This document shows positions 21,595-31,643 of a stretch of DNA of 64,000 bases, piece after piece. The stretch is from assembly GCA_034521595.1 (NCBI GenBank), contig JAXHMG010000003.1, positions 1,536,001 through 1,600,000 of the forward strand, read 5' to 3'. The notes beneath the pieces were generated by a model. The model was not told where the DNA came from and ran no database searches. It worked only from the letters and a program-made list of their open reading frames with translations. Positions within the stretch are counted from its first letter, which is position 1; each line of letters opens with the position of its first letter. The stretch is from Gemmatimonadota bacterium. GTDB taxonomy: Bacteria; Gemmatimonadota; Gemmatimonadetes; Longimicrobiales; Gaopeijiaceae. The position numbers and the translations under genes are program-made.

Positions 21595-22680
21595 TTGCTT
21601 GATACGCCCACGAGCCGCCGCGTCACTACGTGCCCGGACCCCCGACCTCGACGCCTTCCTCCTTCGCGCTCCGCTCGGCCCGCGATCGCCTTCAATGCTC
21701 TCATCTTGGTCGCCGCAGCGGTCGTACTATTGGCCGTTCCCGCTCCGTCCCGGGCGCAGAAGCCCGACGACACCTCATCCGGCACGGCGTTCGGCCTGCG
21801 CATCGACAACGACACACTCGCAGGGACCGACCGTTGCTATACCGGCGGCCTCACGCTCCACTGGGTGCAATCACCGGAAAGACCTGAGGCAGGCGGAATT
21901 CGGAACTTCCTCGCAGGGGGAGACCCTGACGCCGAAGCGGGTCTTCACATCACCCTCTCGCAGGCGATCTACACCCCGGACAACATCCGCCGAAGCGATG
22001 TCATTCCCGACGATCGACCCTACGCGGGACTCCTTATGCTCAGGGTGGCGGTCCCGGTGATTCGGGAAACACGTGCCGACCTTTACACCGTATCCGTCGG
22101 CGTCGCCGGGCCCGCGTCGGGAGCCGAGCAGACACAAACGTGGATCCACCGGGCGACCGGAAACGTGGACCCGGCAGGATGGCAACATCAGCTCGGTAAC
22201 GAACCCGTTGTCCAGCTACGATGGGACCGGCGCTGGCAAGGGCTCGCGTTGGGAGGGGGCGAAGGATTCGGAGTTCGGCTCACACCCCATGTCGATGTCG
22301 GGCTCGGCACGTTGTCGATGGATGCCGGGCTCGGGGGGACGGTACGCGCCGGCTGGAACGTGGCGCCGGATCCAGGGTGGCGAAGCATCCGTCCTGGTGG
22401 TGGTCGGGCGCCAGGGAGCCGGTCGGCGCGGCGCCTTCGAGTGGAGCTCCACGCGACGGTGGGCGGGCGTCTCGTAGCCAGGAACCTCCTTCTCGACGGC
22501 AACAACTTCCGCGACAGTCACAGTGTGGAGCGCAGCCCCGCCACCGCCGATGCCGTCTTCGGAGCCGAGGTCGGCCTCGGACGCGTCAACCTCCTGTACG
22601 AGCTCGTCTTCTGGACGCGTAAGTTCGAGACCGAGTCCCGGAACCAAGCGTATTCGTCGATCGCCTTGCGCTTGAACTGA
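21595..22680 (+). CDS. Lipid A 3'-O-deacylase LpxR family (DUF2219) outer-membrane protein; start uncertain
   Basis: DND..TDRCYTGG, QAIYTP, DRPYAG, GWQHQLGNE, RNLLLDGN. Confidence 0.85.
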   Translation: MLDTPTSRRVTTCPDPRPRRLPPSRSARPAIAFNALILVAAAVVLLAVPAPSRAQKPDDTSSGTAFGLRIDNDTLAGTDRCYTGGLTLHWVQSPERPEAGGIRNFLAGGDPDAEAGLHITLSQAIYTPDNIRRSDVIPDDRPYAGLLMLRVAVPVIRETRADLYTVSVGVAGPASGAEQTQTWIHRATGNVDPAGWQHQLGNEPVVQLRWDRRWQGLALGGGEGFGVRLTPHVDVGLGTLSMDAGLGGTVRAGWNVAPDPGWRSIRPGGGRAPGSRSARRLRVELHATVGGRLVARNLLLDGNNFRDSHSVERSPATADAVFGAEVGLGRVNLLYELVFWTRKFETESRNQAYSSIALRLN

Positions 22681-22718
22681 GGACGTGGCAGCCGCCCTTG
22701 GGCTACCGAGCGAGCACC

Positions 22719-23780
22719 TCACCGCCCATCGTGGTCCAAGCATCCGGCGGTCCGGCCCCCTCGGGTGCCGTCATCACCCCGCGCGGATTTCACATGGGCC
22801 GAGAGCCACGTCACCAGAATCTCCAGAGCCGCATCCGAGAACACGTGGCGCGTCCGGCCCGGCACCACACATACCGTCCCATCCGCGGTCTCCGCAGACG
22901 CCAAGCCCTGCCGCACCACTTCGAGGTAGTCCTCCAGGCGCGTGTTCGGGTCTTCGGTGCCGATGAGCACGAGCGCGGGGGACCGGAGACGAGCCAGCGT
23001 GGATCCCGGATCGAACGCGAGCTTGTCGTGCCAGAAGCGGCTCGCGAAGAACCGCATCTGGCGCTCGTCCGCAGGGAAGGAAGCGTTCCTGGGCAGCTCC
23101 ACGCTCGAGCGCGCGCGAACGCCCTCGAGCCGAGACCGTCGCTCGTACGGTCCCTCCACGTTCAACGCCACATCGGCGATCTCCCGCACATATGCGTCCA
23201 ACGCTTCGATGTCCGACGGATCTGCGCCCTGACGCTCTGCGATCCAGCGCTGCTCCAGCCGGAACGCCTCGACGCCCGGATACGCGGGCGGTGCCATGAG
23301 GACCAGCGGGATCGCGCGTTCTGCGTCCACGGCGTGGAGCATCGCCGGGGGCGCGTTGTCGCCCTGGGCCACGAGGGCGAGCGCATCCGCGTCGATGACG
23401 GCGAGCGAGCTCAGATACGTGAAGGCGGCGGCGAGGTCCCTCGCCAGGTCGGAGAACGTCGCCCGCAGGAGCGGCTCGACCGCAGCGAAGCCACGGAGCT
23501 CCGGAGTCAGGACCGCGTACCCCTCGGCCACGAGTCGCTCGATAGCCGGATCCGTCCCGGCGACCGACGTCAGGACGACGGCCGGATGCGGTCCCTGCCC
23601 GGGCGGCACGGTGAGGCCCGCGGAGAGCTCGGTCCCGTCACGCGGGTTCACGTAGGACACGCGCTCCGTGTCGTAGTCGCCCGTGACCTGGGCCACGGCA
23701 GGCGCTGCGACGAGCGTGGCCCCGAAGGCGGTGAGCAGAGCCACGGAGCGCGTCCACCGGAACCGAGCGTTCGAGATCAT
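22719..23780 (-). CDS. Secreted alpha/beta-hydrolase-fold protein, nucleophile Ser apparently absent
   Basis: Signal peptide; LTVPPGQGPHPAVVL, GYAVLTPELRG; elbow reads ALVAQGDNA; IGTEDP; RHVF. Confidence 0.75.
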   Translation of the reverse strand: MISNARFRWTRSVALLTAFGATLVAAPAVAQVTGDYDTERVSYVNPRDGTELSAGLTVPPGQGPHPAVVLTSVAGTDPAIERLVAEGYAVLTPELRGFAAVEPLLRATFSDLARDLAAAFTYLSSLAVIDADALALVAQGDNAPPAMLHAVDAERAIPLVLMAPPAYPGVEAFRLEQRWIAERQGADPSDIEALDAYVREIADVALNVEGPYERRSRLEGVRARSSVELPRNASFPADERQMRFFASRFWHDKLAFDPGSTLARLRSPALVLIGTEDPNTRLEDYLEVVRQGLASAETADGTVCVVPGRTRHVFSDAALEILVTWLSAHVKSARGDDGTRGGRTAGCLDHDGR

Positions 23781-23943
23781 CGTGGGTCGACGGTTGAAGG
23801 GGAACATGACCCGTTCTCTCACCCGTTGACCACGCGCGTGGTTCCCTGCCGCTGGACGCACCGCCCGCCTCCGAGGATATTCCTCCCTTTTCGGACGACA
23901 ATCGTAACCACACGTCTTTTTCCACGATCTCCATACCCGGCAC

Positions 23944-25605
23944 ATGCCCAAACCCATACGAGTCTTCGGCCACCGCAACCCGGACGCCGACGCGATCTGT
24001 TCGGCGCTCGCGTACGCGGACTTCAAGAACCGCACCGGCGAGGGGGAGTATCTGCCCGCGCGATGCGGCAACTCGAACCCGCGGATCGACGCCGTGCTCG
24101 ATCACTTCGGAGTCGAGCTCCCGGCGTTCGTCGGTGACGTGACGCCACGGCTGCACGAGGTGATGGCCAGCGACCTGGTCACGGTGGGATCGGACGCGAC
24201 TTGCGCCGAGGCGTTGGAGCTCATCGAGCAGCGCGACATCCAGGTGCTTCCCGTCGTGGACGGGCGGGACCATCTCGAAGGACTCGTCTCCATCTTCCAC
24301 CTCGGACACTACTTCGTGCCGAGGCTCGGACGCGTGAGGGACATGCGGTGGGTCGACACCTCGATCGAGAGCGTCGTGCGGGCGCTTCACGCCGAGGTCC
24401 TCCATCTGGAGGACGGCGCCCGCGCCGAGCCGCTCTACGTGCGTGTCGGAGCCATGGATCTCGGCTCCTTCGAGACCTTCGCGACCGAGGACACGGCCGA
24501 CCTGCGGCGGACGGCGATCGTGGTCGGGGACCGCCGCAACATTCAGGAGCGCTCGATCGAGCTCGGCGTCCGGCTCCTCGTGATCTCGGGCGACCTCGAG
24601 GTCGCGCCGGAAGTCGTGGACGAAGCGCGACGGAAGGGTGTGAGCATCATCGTAAGCCCCTACGACTCGGCGACGACCGCGTGGACGATCCGCGCAGCGA
24701 CCCGTGTCGGCAAAGTGATGTCGAAGGAATACACCGCCTTCCGGCCCGACGAGGCCGTGGAGGCGGTGCGGCGCAAGACCGGAACGCTCGACCCCGCGGT
24801 CTTCATGGTGACGAACGACGGGGGACGGCTGCTCGGCGTCTTCACCCGCCGCGACATTCTGCGGCCCAGCGACACGAAGATCATTCTGGTCGACCACAAC
24901 GAGCTCAGCCAGGCGGTTCCGGGCGCGGACGAGGTCGACATCGTCGAGGTGGTGGACCACCACCGGCTCGGCGACCTCCGCACCCAGGACCCGATCCTGT
25001 TCCTGAACCGGCCGGTCGGCTCGACCTGCACGATCGTGGCCGACCTCTACCGGCAGGCGGAGCTCACCCCGACGCGGGAGATCGCCGGCGTGCTCATGGG
25101 CGGGCTGATCTCGGATACCCTGAACCTTCAGAGTCCGACGACGACCCAGACCGACGCGGACGTGCTCTCCTGGCTCGAGGAGATCGCCGGCATCACGGGA
25201 AGCGAGCTCGCCGACATCATCTTCTCCTCCGGATCGGTCGTGGCGAATCGCAGCGCCGAGGAGGTCATCGAGCTCGACCGGAAAGTGTACGAGGAAGGCG
25301 ACTTCCACTTCGCCATCTCCCAGGTCGAGGAGGTTAGCTTCGAGGAGTTCTGGGATCAGTGCCTGCCACTCTCGGAAGCGCTCGAGCAGAGCCGCACGCA
25401 AGAGGGCCTCGACTTCGCGGCGCTCCTCGTCACCGACGTGAAGAGCCAGGATTCCCTGCTCCTCGTCTCCGGAAGCCCGCTGTTGGTCGAAGCGATCACG
25501 TACACGCCCATCTACCCCGGCGAGATCTACAGTCTCCCGGGTGTCGTGAGCCGCAAGAAGCAACTCCTCCCCTTCCTGACGGGGACGCTACAGCGATTGG
25601 GCTGA
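23944..25605 (+). CDS. ppaC: Mn-dependent inorganic pyrophosphatase (family II) with CBS-DRTGG insert
   Basis: GHRNPDADAICSA, LVDHNE, VDHHR, PVGSTCTI, ISDTL, SRKKQ; CBS domains and DRTGG-like VGDRR. Confidence 0.92.
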   Translation: MPKPIRVFGHRNPDADAICSALAYADFKNRTGEGEYLPARCGNSNPRIDAVLDHFGVELPAFVGDVTPRLHEVMASDLVTVGSDATCAEALELIEQRDIQVLPVVDGRDHLEGLVSIFHLGHYFVPRLGRVRDMRWVDTSIESVVRALHAEVLHLEDGARAEPLYVRVGAMDLGSFETFATEDTADLRRTAIVVGDRRNIQERSIELGVRLLVISGDLEVAPEVVDEARRKGVSIIVSPYDSATTAWTIRAATRVGKVMSKEYTAFRPDEAVEAVRRKTGTLDPAVFMVTNDGGRLLGVFTRRDILRPSDTKIILVDHNELSQAVPGADEVDIVEVVDHHRLGDLRTQDPILFLNRPVGSTCTIVADLYRQAELTPTREIAGVLMGGLISDTLNLQSPTTTQTDADVLSWLEEIAGITGSELADIIFSSGSVVANRSAEEVIELDRKVYEEGDFHFAISQVEEVSFEEFWDQCLPLSEALEQSRTQEGLDFAALLVTDVKSQDSLLLVSGSPLLVEAITYTPIYPGEIYSLPGVVSRKKQLLPFLTGTLQRLG

Positions 25606-25643
25606 GGGAACCGGGCGCGGCCTCGCGCGCTACCGGACGCAGG

Positions 25644-27941
25644 TCATTCAGTCGCCCCCGCCCGGGCTTCGCCTGGTTCGTTCCCGGACGCCGCCAGCAC
25701 CGCGGCGTAAAACCGGACCACCTCTTCGGCGAACGGCTCGATGCCGTGCTCCTCGGCGAACGACTGCGCGTTGCGGGCGAGCTCCCGGCGGAGCGCGTCG
25801 TCGCCGAGAACCTCCTCGACCCTCGCGATCCACTGGCCTATGTCTTCCCGGGTCTTGAAACCGTTGAAACCGTCGTGGACCAGGTCGTCGATACCACTCG
25901 AGCGCACCACGACGACGGGTAGGCCGGCGGCCATGGCTTCGAGCACGACCATGCCCTGCGTCTCCGTCGTCGACGCGAAGAGAAACACGTCGCCGAGCGC
26001 GTAGTACCGCGGCATCTCCTCGGACGGAACGGCGCCGGGCATGAGCACCACGTCCTCGAGCCCGAGCTCCGCGATACGAGCCTGCAAGCGTGCGCGATCG
26101 GGACCGTCACCGATGAGCACGAACCGGAAGCGAGCGCCCCGTCGTGCGAGGTCACCCACGGCCTCGATCAGAAAATCGATGTTCTTCTCTCGGCTCACGC
26201 GCGATGCGCTCACGAGAACCGGCTCGTCGTCGAGATCCAGCCGACGCCGCAGCGCGTCCACCGCCTCGGCATCCACGTCGCGGAACGCCCGGTGCTCGAT
26301 GCCCGTGGGCTGAACGAGGATCCGGGTCGTGACCCCCAGGGTCCGGAGGTACTCGCGAGCCGACGGGGTGGGTACCACGACCCCCGAGCAGCGGTTGGCG
26401 AACCGCTTGATCAGGTAGTGCGATATGAGGTTCTTGAAGAGGCGACCCGGCACGGGCACGAAGTGGGCGTAGTGCTCGAAGCGCGTGTGGTACGTGTAGA
26501 CCGCCGGCACGCCCAGGCGGCGGGCCAACCAGAGTCCGAGCGAGCCCACCCAGAAGGGATGGTGCACGTGGACCACGTCGGGCCTGAACGACTTCACCTC
26601 GCGAAACACGCGCGGCGAGAAGATGTTCGCCAATCGGAAATCGGAACCCTTTCCGAAGGCCACCGACGGGAGCCGGAGGACGCTCTCCTCGTCCGACGCG
26701 TCCGCTCCACCCTGCCCCGGCGCCACGACCAGCACCTCGTGACCGAGCGCGGCGAGCCCCCGGCGCAACCGCTCGATGGAGATCGGCACCCCCCCGATGA
26801 ACGGCAGGTAGTTGTTCGTGAACATCGCGACCCGGAGGGGGCGTCCGAGGAATGCGTCCGGATCGACGTCGAACGAGGGGTAGTAGTCCTTCTCTTCGAA
26901 GACGAGCCGGTGCAGCTTGACCGCCACGAACACGAGCGCGGAGAGGAGGAGCAGGAAGTTCAGGTACCCCACGAAGAAGAGCGAGTGGACGAACAACCAC
27001 AGGCTCTCGAGCGTCCGGGCGACCGGATGCTGGCCGACATCCAGACGCCGCGCCTGGATCGACAAATCATCCTCCGATACGGTCACCATGGTGAAGTGGT
27101 GAAAGCTCGCCTCGTCGGCGACCACCAGACCGCCGGCACCGCCGGTGGTGACGAACCGAGTGCCGTTCCACTCGTGGTGGTCGAAAAGTGGAAGCCCGCT
27201 CGCGAACACCGCATCCACGTCGTGGCGCTCGACGAGCTCGAGCAGTCCACTCCGGAAGGACGGGGGGGCGAGGTAGTCTTCTTCGTCGACGAACACGGGC
27301 TCCCGTGCCGGACGCCGCAGAGGGCGGCCCGTGAAGAGGAAAGTGCGCTCGGCTTCCTCTCGGGCAAGCTCTTCCTCCAGCCACCGGAGCTGCCACTCCG
27401 GCGAGGTCTCGCCGGCTCCGTCCAGAAACAGGAAACGCGTGTCCCCCGCTGTGAACGCGAAGAAGTAGGGCCCGAACTGGCGATAGAAGCGGAAGGCGCC
27501 GAACCTGCTGGCCTCGTTCTCCGCGAACGTCAGCAGATACGGTACCTCGAGGCGGTCGAGCGTGCCCCGCAGCGCACGGTACTTGTCCTCACCTCCGTCA
27601 CTGACGGCGTTTCCGGCCGAAACGACGAACTCCGCGCCGGAAGCGTTGAGCATGGGAACGATGCGCCGCTCGAACACCCCGATCGAGTTGTTCGCGTTGC
27701 CGACCACCGCGAACCGGAAGGTATCGGCTTCGGCGACGCGCTCCTGGATCGTCTCCACGTGATCGGCATGGACGGATTCGAGCTCCACGTCGAAGAAGTC
27801 GAGGTGCAGCCGGTAACCCACGACGACGACCAGGATCACCAGGCTGAGGTGTTGGATGGCCCGCGACCACCGGCGTCTCGACACTGGAGCGGTCCGGCTA
27901 GGAATGCGCGCCGCGCGAGGCGGCGGCGGGGTCCGAAACAT
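25644..27941 (-). CDS. Fusion: degenerate metallophosphoesterase-fold domain + TM helices + GT4 glycosyltransferase (diacylglycerol glucosyltransferase-like)
   Basis: GT4 part: MFTNNYLPFIGGV, HVHHPF, YTYHTR, SRVSREKN, FASTTETQGMVVLEAMAAGLP. N-terminal FAVVGN/VSAGNA/FLFLD pattern of the phosphoesterase fold. Confidence 0.85.
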   Translation of the reverse strand: MFRTPPPPRAARIPSRTAPVSRRRWSRAIQHLSLVILVVVVGYRLHLDFFDVELESVHADHVETIQERVAEADTFRFAVVGNANNSIGVFERRIVPMLNASGAEFVVSAGNAVSDGGEDKYRALRGTLDRLEVPYLLTFAENEASRFGAFRFYRQFGPYFFAFTAGDTRFLFLDGAGETSPEWQLRWLEEELAREEAERTFLFTGRPLRRPAREPVFVDEEDYLAPPSFRSGLLELVERHDVDAVFASGLPLFDHHEWNGTRFVTTGGAGGLVVADEASFHHFTMVTVSEDDLSIQARRLDVGQHPVARTLESLWLFVHSLFFVGYLNFLLLLSALVFVAVKLHRLVFEEKDYYPSFDVDPDAFLGRPLRVAMFTNNYLPFIGGVPISIERLRRGLAALGHEVLVVAPGQGGADASDEESVLRLPSVAFGKGSDFRLANIFSPRVFREVKSFRPDVVHVHHPFWVGSLGLWLARRLGVPAVYTYHTRFEHYAHFVPVPGRLFKNLISHYLIKRFANRCSGVVVPTPSAREYLRTLGVTTRILVQPTGIEHRAFRDVDAEAVDALRRRLDLDDEPVLVSASRVSREKNIDFLIEAVGDLARRGARFRFVLIGDGPDRARLQARIAELGLEDVVLMPGAVPSEEMPRYYALGDVFLFASTTETQGMVVLEAMAAGLPVVVVRSSGIDDLVHDGFNGFKTREDIGQWIARVEEVLGDDALRRELARNAQSFAEEHGIEPFAEEVVRFYAAVLAASGNEPGEARAGATE

Positions 27942-30264
27942 CGACGCGGACCCTGGACGCGCCCGGATCGCACGAAACGTGTCGATACCCGGGCAGGCGG
28001 ACCTCCATCACCGGCGGCGTCTCGCGCCACGCACCGCTCCACTCCACGAGCGCGCCGCCTTCCTCGCCGCCCACCCGTACCGTCACGGGTCCGTACGGCG
28101 TCGGTGTAGGACCGAACTCCGTCTCCTCTCCGGCCCGAATCCAGTCGCCGGGAATGCCCGAGGCCAGAATCAACCGGTCCTGCTCTTCACGGACGAACCA
28201 GTTCCGGATCATGAGCACCCATTCGGCGGCCGCCCAGATGTGCTGCCCGTCCCCCATGCATCCCCCTCCCGTACGGGGGTGCACCGCCTCCGGCCACTGG
28301 CCGGTACCCGACGCGAGCTCGGCGACGGTGCGGACGAGCGTTTCCTGCCGCGGGTCGTCGGCACGAAGGAGAACCTGGGCGAGGTGCAAGGTCAGGTAGG
28401 CGTTGAGGCCCGAATGCATCATGTCCTGAAAGAACGCGCCCGCGACCGTGTGATGTTCGAGGAGATGCTCGACCGTCGCCAGCAACCGTTCGTCCCGTGC
28501 GCCCCACAGCCCGAGCGGATACCCCGCGCAGAGCGATCCGACGGCTCCAGCGTCCATGCGGCGATACGGGGACGCGGGAATCGCCCCACCTCGGCGGTGA
28601 CCCACGCTCACGTCGACACTCCGGTCCACGGCCGCGAGGAGATCGTCCGCTTCGCGCTCCCACCGGTCCGCCGCCTGCTCGCCTTCCCCTACGTCGCGCA
28701 GGAGGCGGGCGGCCGAGCGCAGTCCCGCGGCGCACCAGAAGTCGTCCCAGTAAAAGTAGTCGTTCGGTCCCAGGTGCTCGGCGCTGAAGCCCGCGGGAAG
28801 AAGGCCGGCGTGGGGGGCGTCGAGGTTCGCATCGAGACGCTTCTTCGCGACCCACCCGGCCGCCTTCGCCACCGTATCCATGCATCCCTCCGGCAACGGC
28901 TCACCACTCAGCCTCCGGTACCGATCCATGGCCCACAGAGCGGCTCCATTCGCATCCCACTCCCCTTCCTGCGAGCGAAAATACCCGGAGCCGTCCTGCC
29001 GGTCCGGGTATCGCGACAGAGCATCGCGGGCCCGTCCCACGAGCCCCGCCGAACAGAGCGCGTCGACGATGAACGCCGCGTCCCGAAACCAGAAACGCTT
29101 GTACGTATAGGGTCCGGGGTACACGTCGCCCGGCGCGTGCAGAACGAGGCTCCGCACGGCCGCGTCGTACAACGTCCGGAAGCGCGGCTCCGGGGTCGCG
29201 AGGCGGGCGGTGTCCTCCAACGCGACGCGCCACGCCTCCGCACCGGCGGCTCGGCCCGGGTCGGCCGATCCGTCACGATCGGTCCGGACGACCCCTGCGG
29301 GGGGGCCGGACACGTCCGCTCCCGGCTCGGAGCGAGATCCGGCCGTCAGGGAAACCCGCGCCGACACCTCCGCCCTGCCGTGCTCATCCAGCCGAAAGAG
29401 CGCTGCGGCGGTCGCGAGGCCCGAGGAGCACGACACCTCGTCCCTTTCGTCTGTTTCCGCGCGGACGGCCCACAATACGTCACCCGAACGGTACTCGGAC
29501 ATGTGCACCCGGTCCGGTACGGGGCTGAAGCGCACGTCGTGCTCTCCGTTCACCCGCAACGCGGCCGGCTCCGGGCGCGTCACCTCGTCGATGCACGACA
29601 CGCCCTCCGGATTCGCAGGCCGCAGCGCCAGCGCGAGCCATCCCGGTCCCTTCCCGGTGGCCCGCACGGTGACGCGAACGGACGGGCCCTCGTCCCAGAC
29701 GACCTCGACGTCCTCGACCAGTGATCCCGCGGCAGCACGGACCCGTGTTTCCACGTGCGGTCCGGAGCCGGTCGGGCCCTCTGGCCCGACCTCGAGATCC
29801 TGCACGGCAACGTCGGCACGCGAAGGGAGGAGTGGCGGGCCTTCGTCGGGAAGAAGCCAGGCATCGAGGGACCAGTCGTCGTACAGGGGCGTGACCAGAC
29901 CCCGCGGATCCACGACCGGGTGGCGGTCGACGTCCGGCAGACCCACCGCCGTCCAGTTGCGGTGGGTCAGGTTCACGTGGGTGAGTGAGAACGCCCTGGG
30001 GATGAACGCCTCGCTCCCGGCGTCGTACTGTTGCTCGACCCAATACGGCCAGACCCAATCGAGGTTGTACTGGATGACTCGAGCGTTCAGCAGCCCTCGC
30101 ACGTGGAAGAGGAAGCCGGCCCGCAGCAGCTCGATGGGCGCCGCCACTTCAGAAGGTTGGGCCAGCCGCTCGAGCCGCGCGAGGAGCGGGACCGGATCCA
30201 GAAACCCCGTCGCACGAGCCGTCTTGGACAGGACCCAGCGGAGCAGATGCCATCGGGTCCACAC
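27898..30264 (-). CDS. Six-hairpin (alpha/alpha)6 glycosidase-like protein
   Basis: YPGPYTYKRFWFRDA, EWDANG, GFSAEH, YWDDFW, GQWPEAVHP, MGDGQHIWAAAEW. GAAGGGAG RBS before GTG 30264. Confidence 0.72.
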   Translation of the reverse strand: MWTRWHLLRWVLSKTARATGFLDPVPLLARLERLAQPSEVAAPIELLRAGFLFHVRGLLNARVIQYNLDWVWPYWVEQQYDAGSEAFIPRAFSLTHVNLTHRNWTAVGLPDVDRHPVVDPRGLVTPLYDDWSLDAWLLPDEGPPLLPSRADVAVQDLEVGPEGPTGSGPHVETRVRAAAGSLVEDVEVVWDEGPSVRVTVRATGKGPGWLALALRPANPEGVSCIDEVTRPEPAALRVNGEHDVRFSPVPDRVHMSEYRSGDVLWAVRAETDERDEVSCSSGLATAAALFRLDEHGRAEVSARVSLTAGSRSEPGADVSGPPAGVVRTDRDGSADPGRAAGAEAWRVALEDTARLATPEPRFRTLYDAAVRSLVLHAPGDVYPGPYTYKRFWFRDAAFIVDALCSAGLVGRARDALSRYPDRQDGSGYFRSQEGEWDANGAALWAMDRYRRLSGEPLPEGCMDTVAKAAGWVAKKRLDANLDAPHAGLLPAGFSAEHLGPNDYFYWDDFWCAAGLRSAARLLRDVGEGEQAADRWEREADDLLAAVDRSVDVSVGHRRGGAIPASPYRRMDAGAVGSLCAGYPLGLWGARDERLLATVEHLLEHHTVAGAFFQDMMHSGLNAYLTLHLAQVLLRADDPRQETLVRTVAELASGTGQWPEAVHPRTGGGCMGDGQHIWAAAEWVLMIRNWFVREEQDRLILASGIPGDWIRAGEETEFGPTPTPYGPVTVRVGGEEGGALVEWSGAWRETPPVMEVRLPGYRHVSCDPGASRVRVDVSDPAAASRGAHS

Positions 30265-30490
30265 GCTCCCTTCACTCCTGTTCGGAGTCGTAGTCGCTCG
30301 AACGGCCTTCCGCGGACCCTCGTCTCGCGAAGCACGGACGCCCCCTATCGGCGGGGCGGAAGGACGAGCTTCAGGGAAGGCGACAGGACTGTTATAACCG
30401 TCGCGCCCCGTCGGGATCCGCTCGTGAGAGTCGCGGGCGGCCGCGCTCCGCACGGGTGGTCACGCCCTCCGGGTGCTTCTAGGATTGTAC

Positions 30491-31576
30491 GTGAGCCCAC
30501 GTTCGGAAGGGAGTCCAACGCTGCAACGCGCCTTCACACGTCTGGCCGGGTTCACTCTGCTGTTTCTCGCGCTGAGTGGCGCCGGCACGTACGTCGTCCA
30601 CGACCAGGTCGCGGGACGCGGCGTCGCTCTGGATCCGGCCCTCCTCTCTCTGCCGGTCGTCAGCGCGGTCGGGGGACTGCTGCTCGTGTATTTCACCGCG
30701 GACGGTCTCCGCCTCTACTTCACGCTGCGCGCGCTGGGGCACCACCTGCCGCTGCGCGCGATCGCCCGGCTGGTCTTCATCAACCTCTTTTTCTCGAACG
30801 TGACGCCCATGGCGACAGGCGGCGGCCTGGCACAGATCTGGTACCTCAGGAGGCGAGGGGTGCCGCTGGGTCGGGCCACGGCCGCGACGACGATCCGCAC
30901 CGTCCTGGCGATGATCTTCATTTTCTCGACCGCTCCCGCCTTCCTGTTCGCCGGCTCAGGGCTCCGTGGCGTGCCCTCGGATGCGCCCCTCGCACTGTCC
31001 ATCTCGCTCATGGTGAGCGGGTACGCGCTGTTCTTCGCCGTGGTGCTGCTTCGGCCGCGCTGGCTCGCGATGGCCGTGACGGGTGGCGTTCGCGGGCTGC
31101 GCGTGTTCCGACTCATCAACGAGCAGCGGGCGCAACGTTGGCGCTTCGCGGGCAAGCGGGAGCTTCTGACCTTCGCCCGGAGCTTCGGTCGCTACCTGAG
31201 TGGCCCGAGGGTCGATGTCGCGCTCTCCATCGTCTTCACCGTGCTGTTTCTGGTGAGCCTCTTCTCCTTTCCCGCACTCCTTCTCTGGGGCCTCGACTAC
31301 GAGATCCCCTACCTCCAGATCCTCGGCCTGCTCGTGGTCACCACCTTCGTCATGTACTTCGCGCCCACGCCCGGTGCATCCGGGATCGCAGAGGGTGCGT
31401 TCGGCTACGCGTTCGCCGGCCTCGTGGCCGGCGGGCATCTCGTGCTGGTGACGCTCGCCTGGCGCTTCCTGACCGTCTACCTGGGGATGCTGGTGGGCGT
31501 GGCCGTGACCTTGCGCGAGGTCGCGCTTCCGGTTGCCGCTGGACCCACGGCGGCCTATCCTGCTCGGTCCCGATGA
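30491..31576 (+). CDS. Lysylphosphatidylglycerol-synthase TM / flippase-like (UPF0104) membrane protein
   Basis: FFSNVTPMATGG, FAPTPGASGIAE, LAWRFLTVYL; multiple TM helices. Confidence 0.85.
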   Translation: MSPRSEGSPTLQRAFTRLAGFTLLFLALSGAGTYVVHDQVAGRGVALDPALLSLPVVSAVGGLLLVYFTADGLRLYFTLRALGHHLPLRAIARLVFINLFFSNVTPMATGGGLAQIWYLRRRGVPLGRATAATTIRTVLAMIFIFSTAPAFLFAGSGLRGVPSDAPLALSISLMVSGYALFFAVVLLRPRWLAMAVTGGVRGLRVFRLINEQRAQRWRFAGKRELLTFARSFGRYLSGPRVDVALSIVFTVLFLVSLFSFPALLLWGLDYEIPYLQILGLLVVTTFVMYFAPTPGASGIAEGAFGYAFAGLVAGGHLVLVTLAWRFLTVYLGMLVGVAVTLREVALPVAAGPTAAYPARSR

Positions 31577-31643
31577 GCCCCTGGTCCCAGATCGTCACGG
31601 CCCGCACTCCTCAACCGTGCGCGTGAGCCGTCGACATGCCCCG

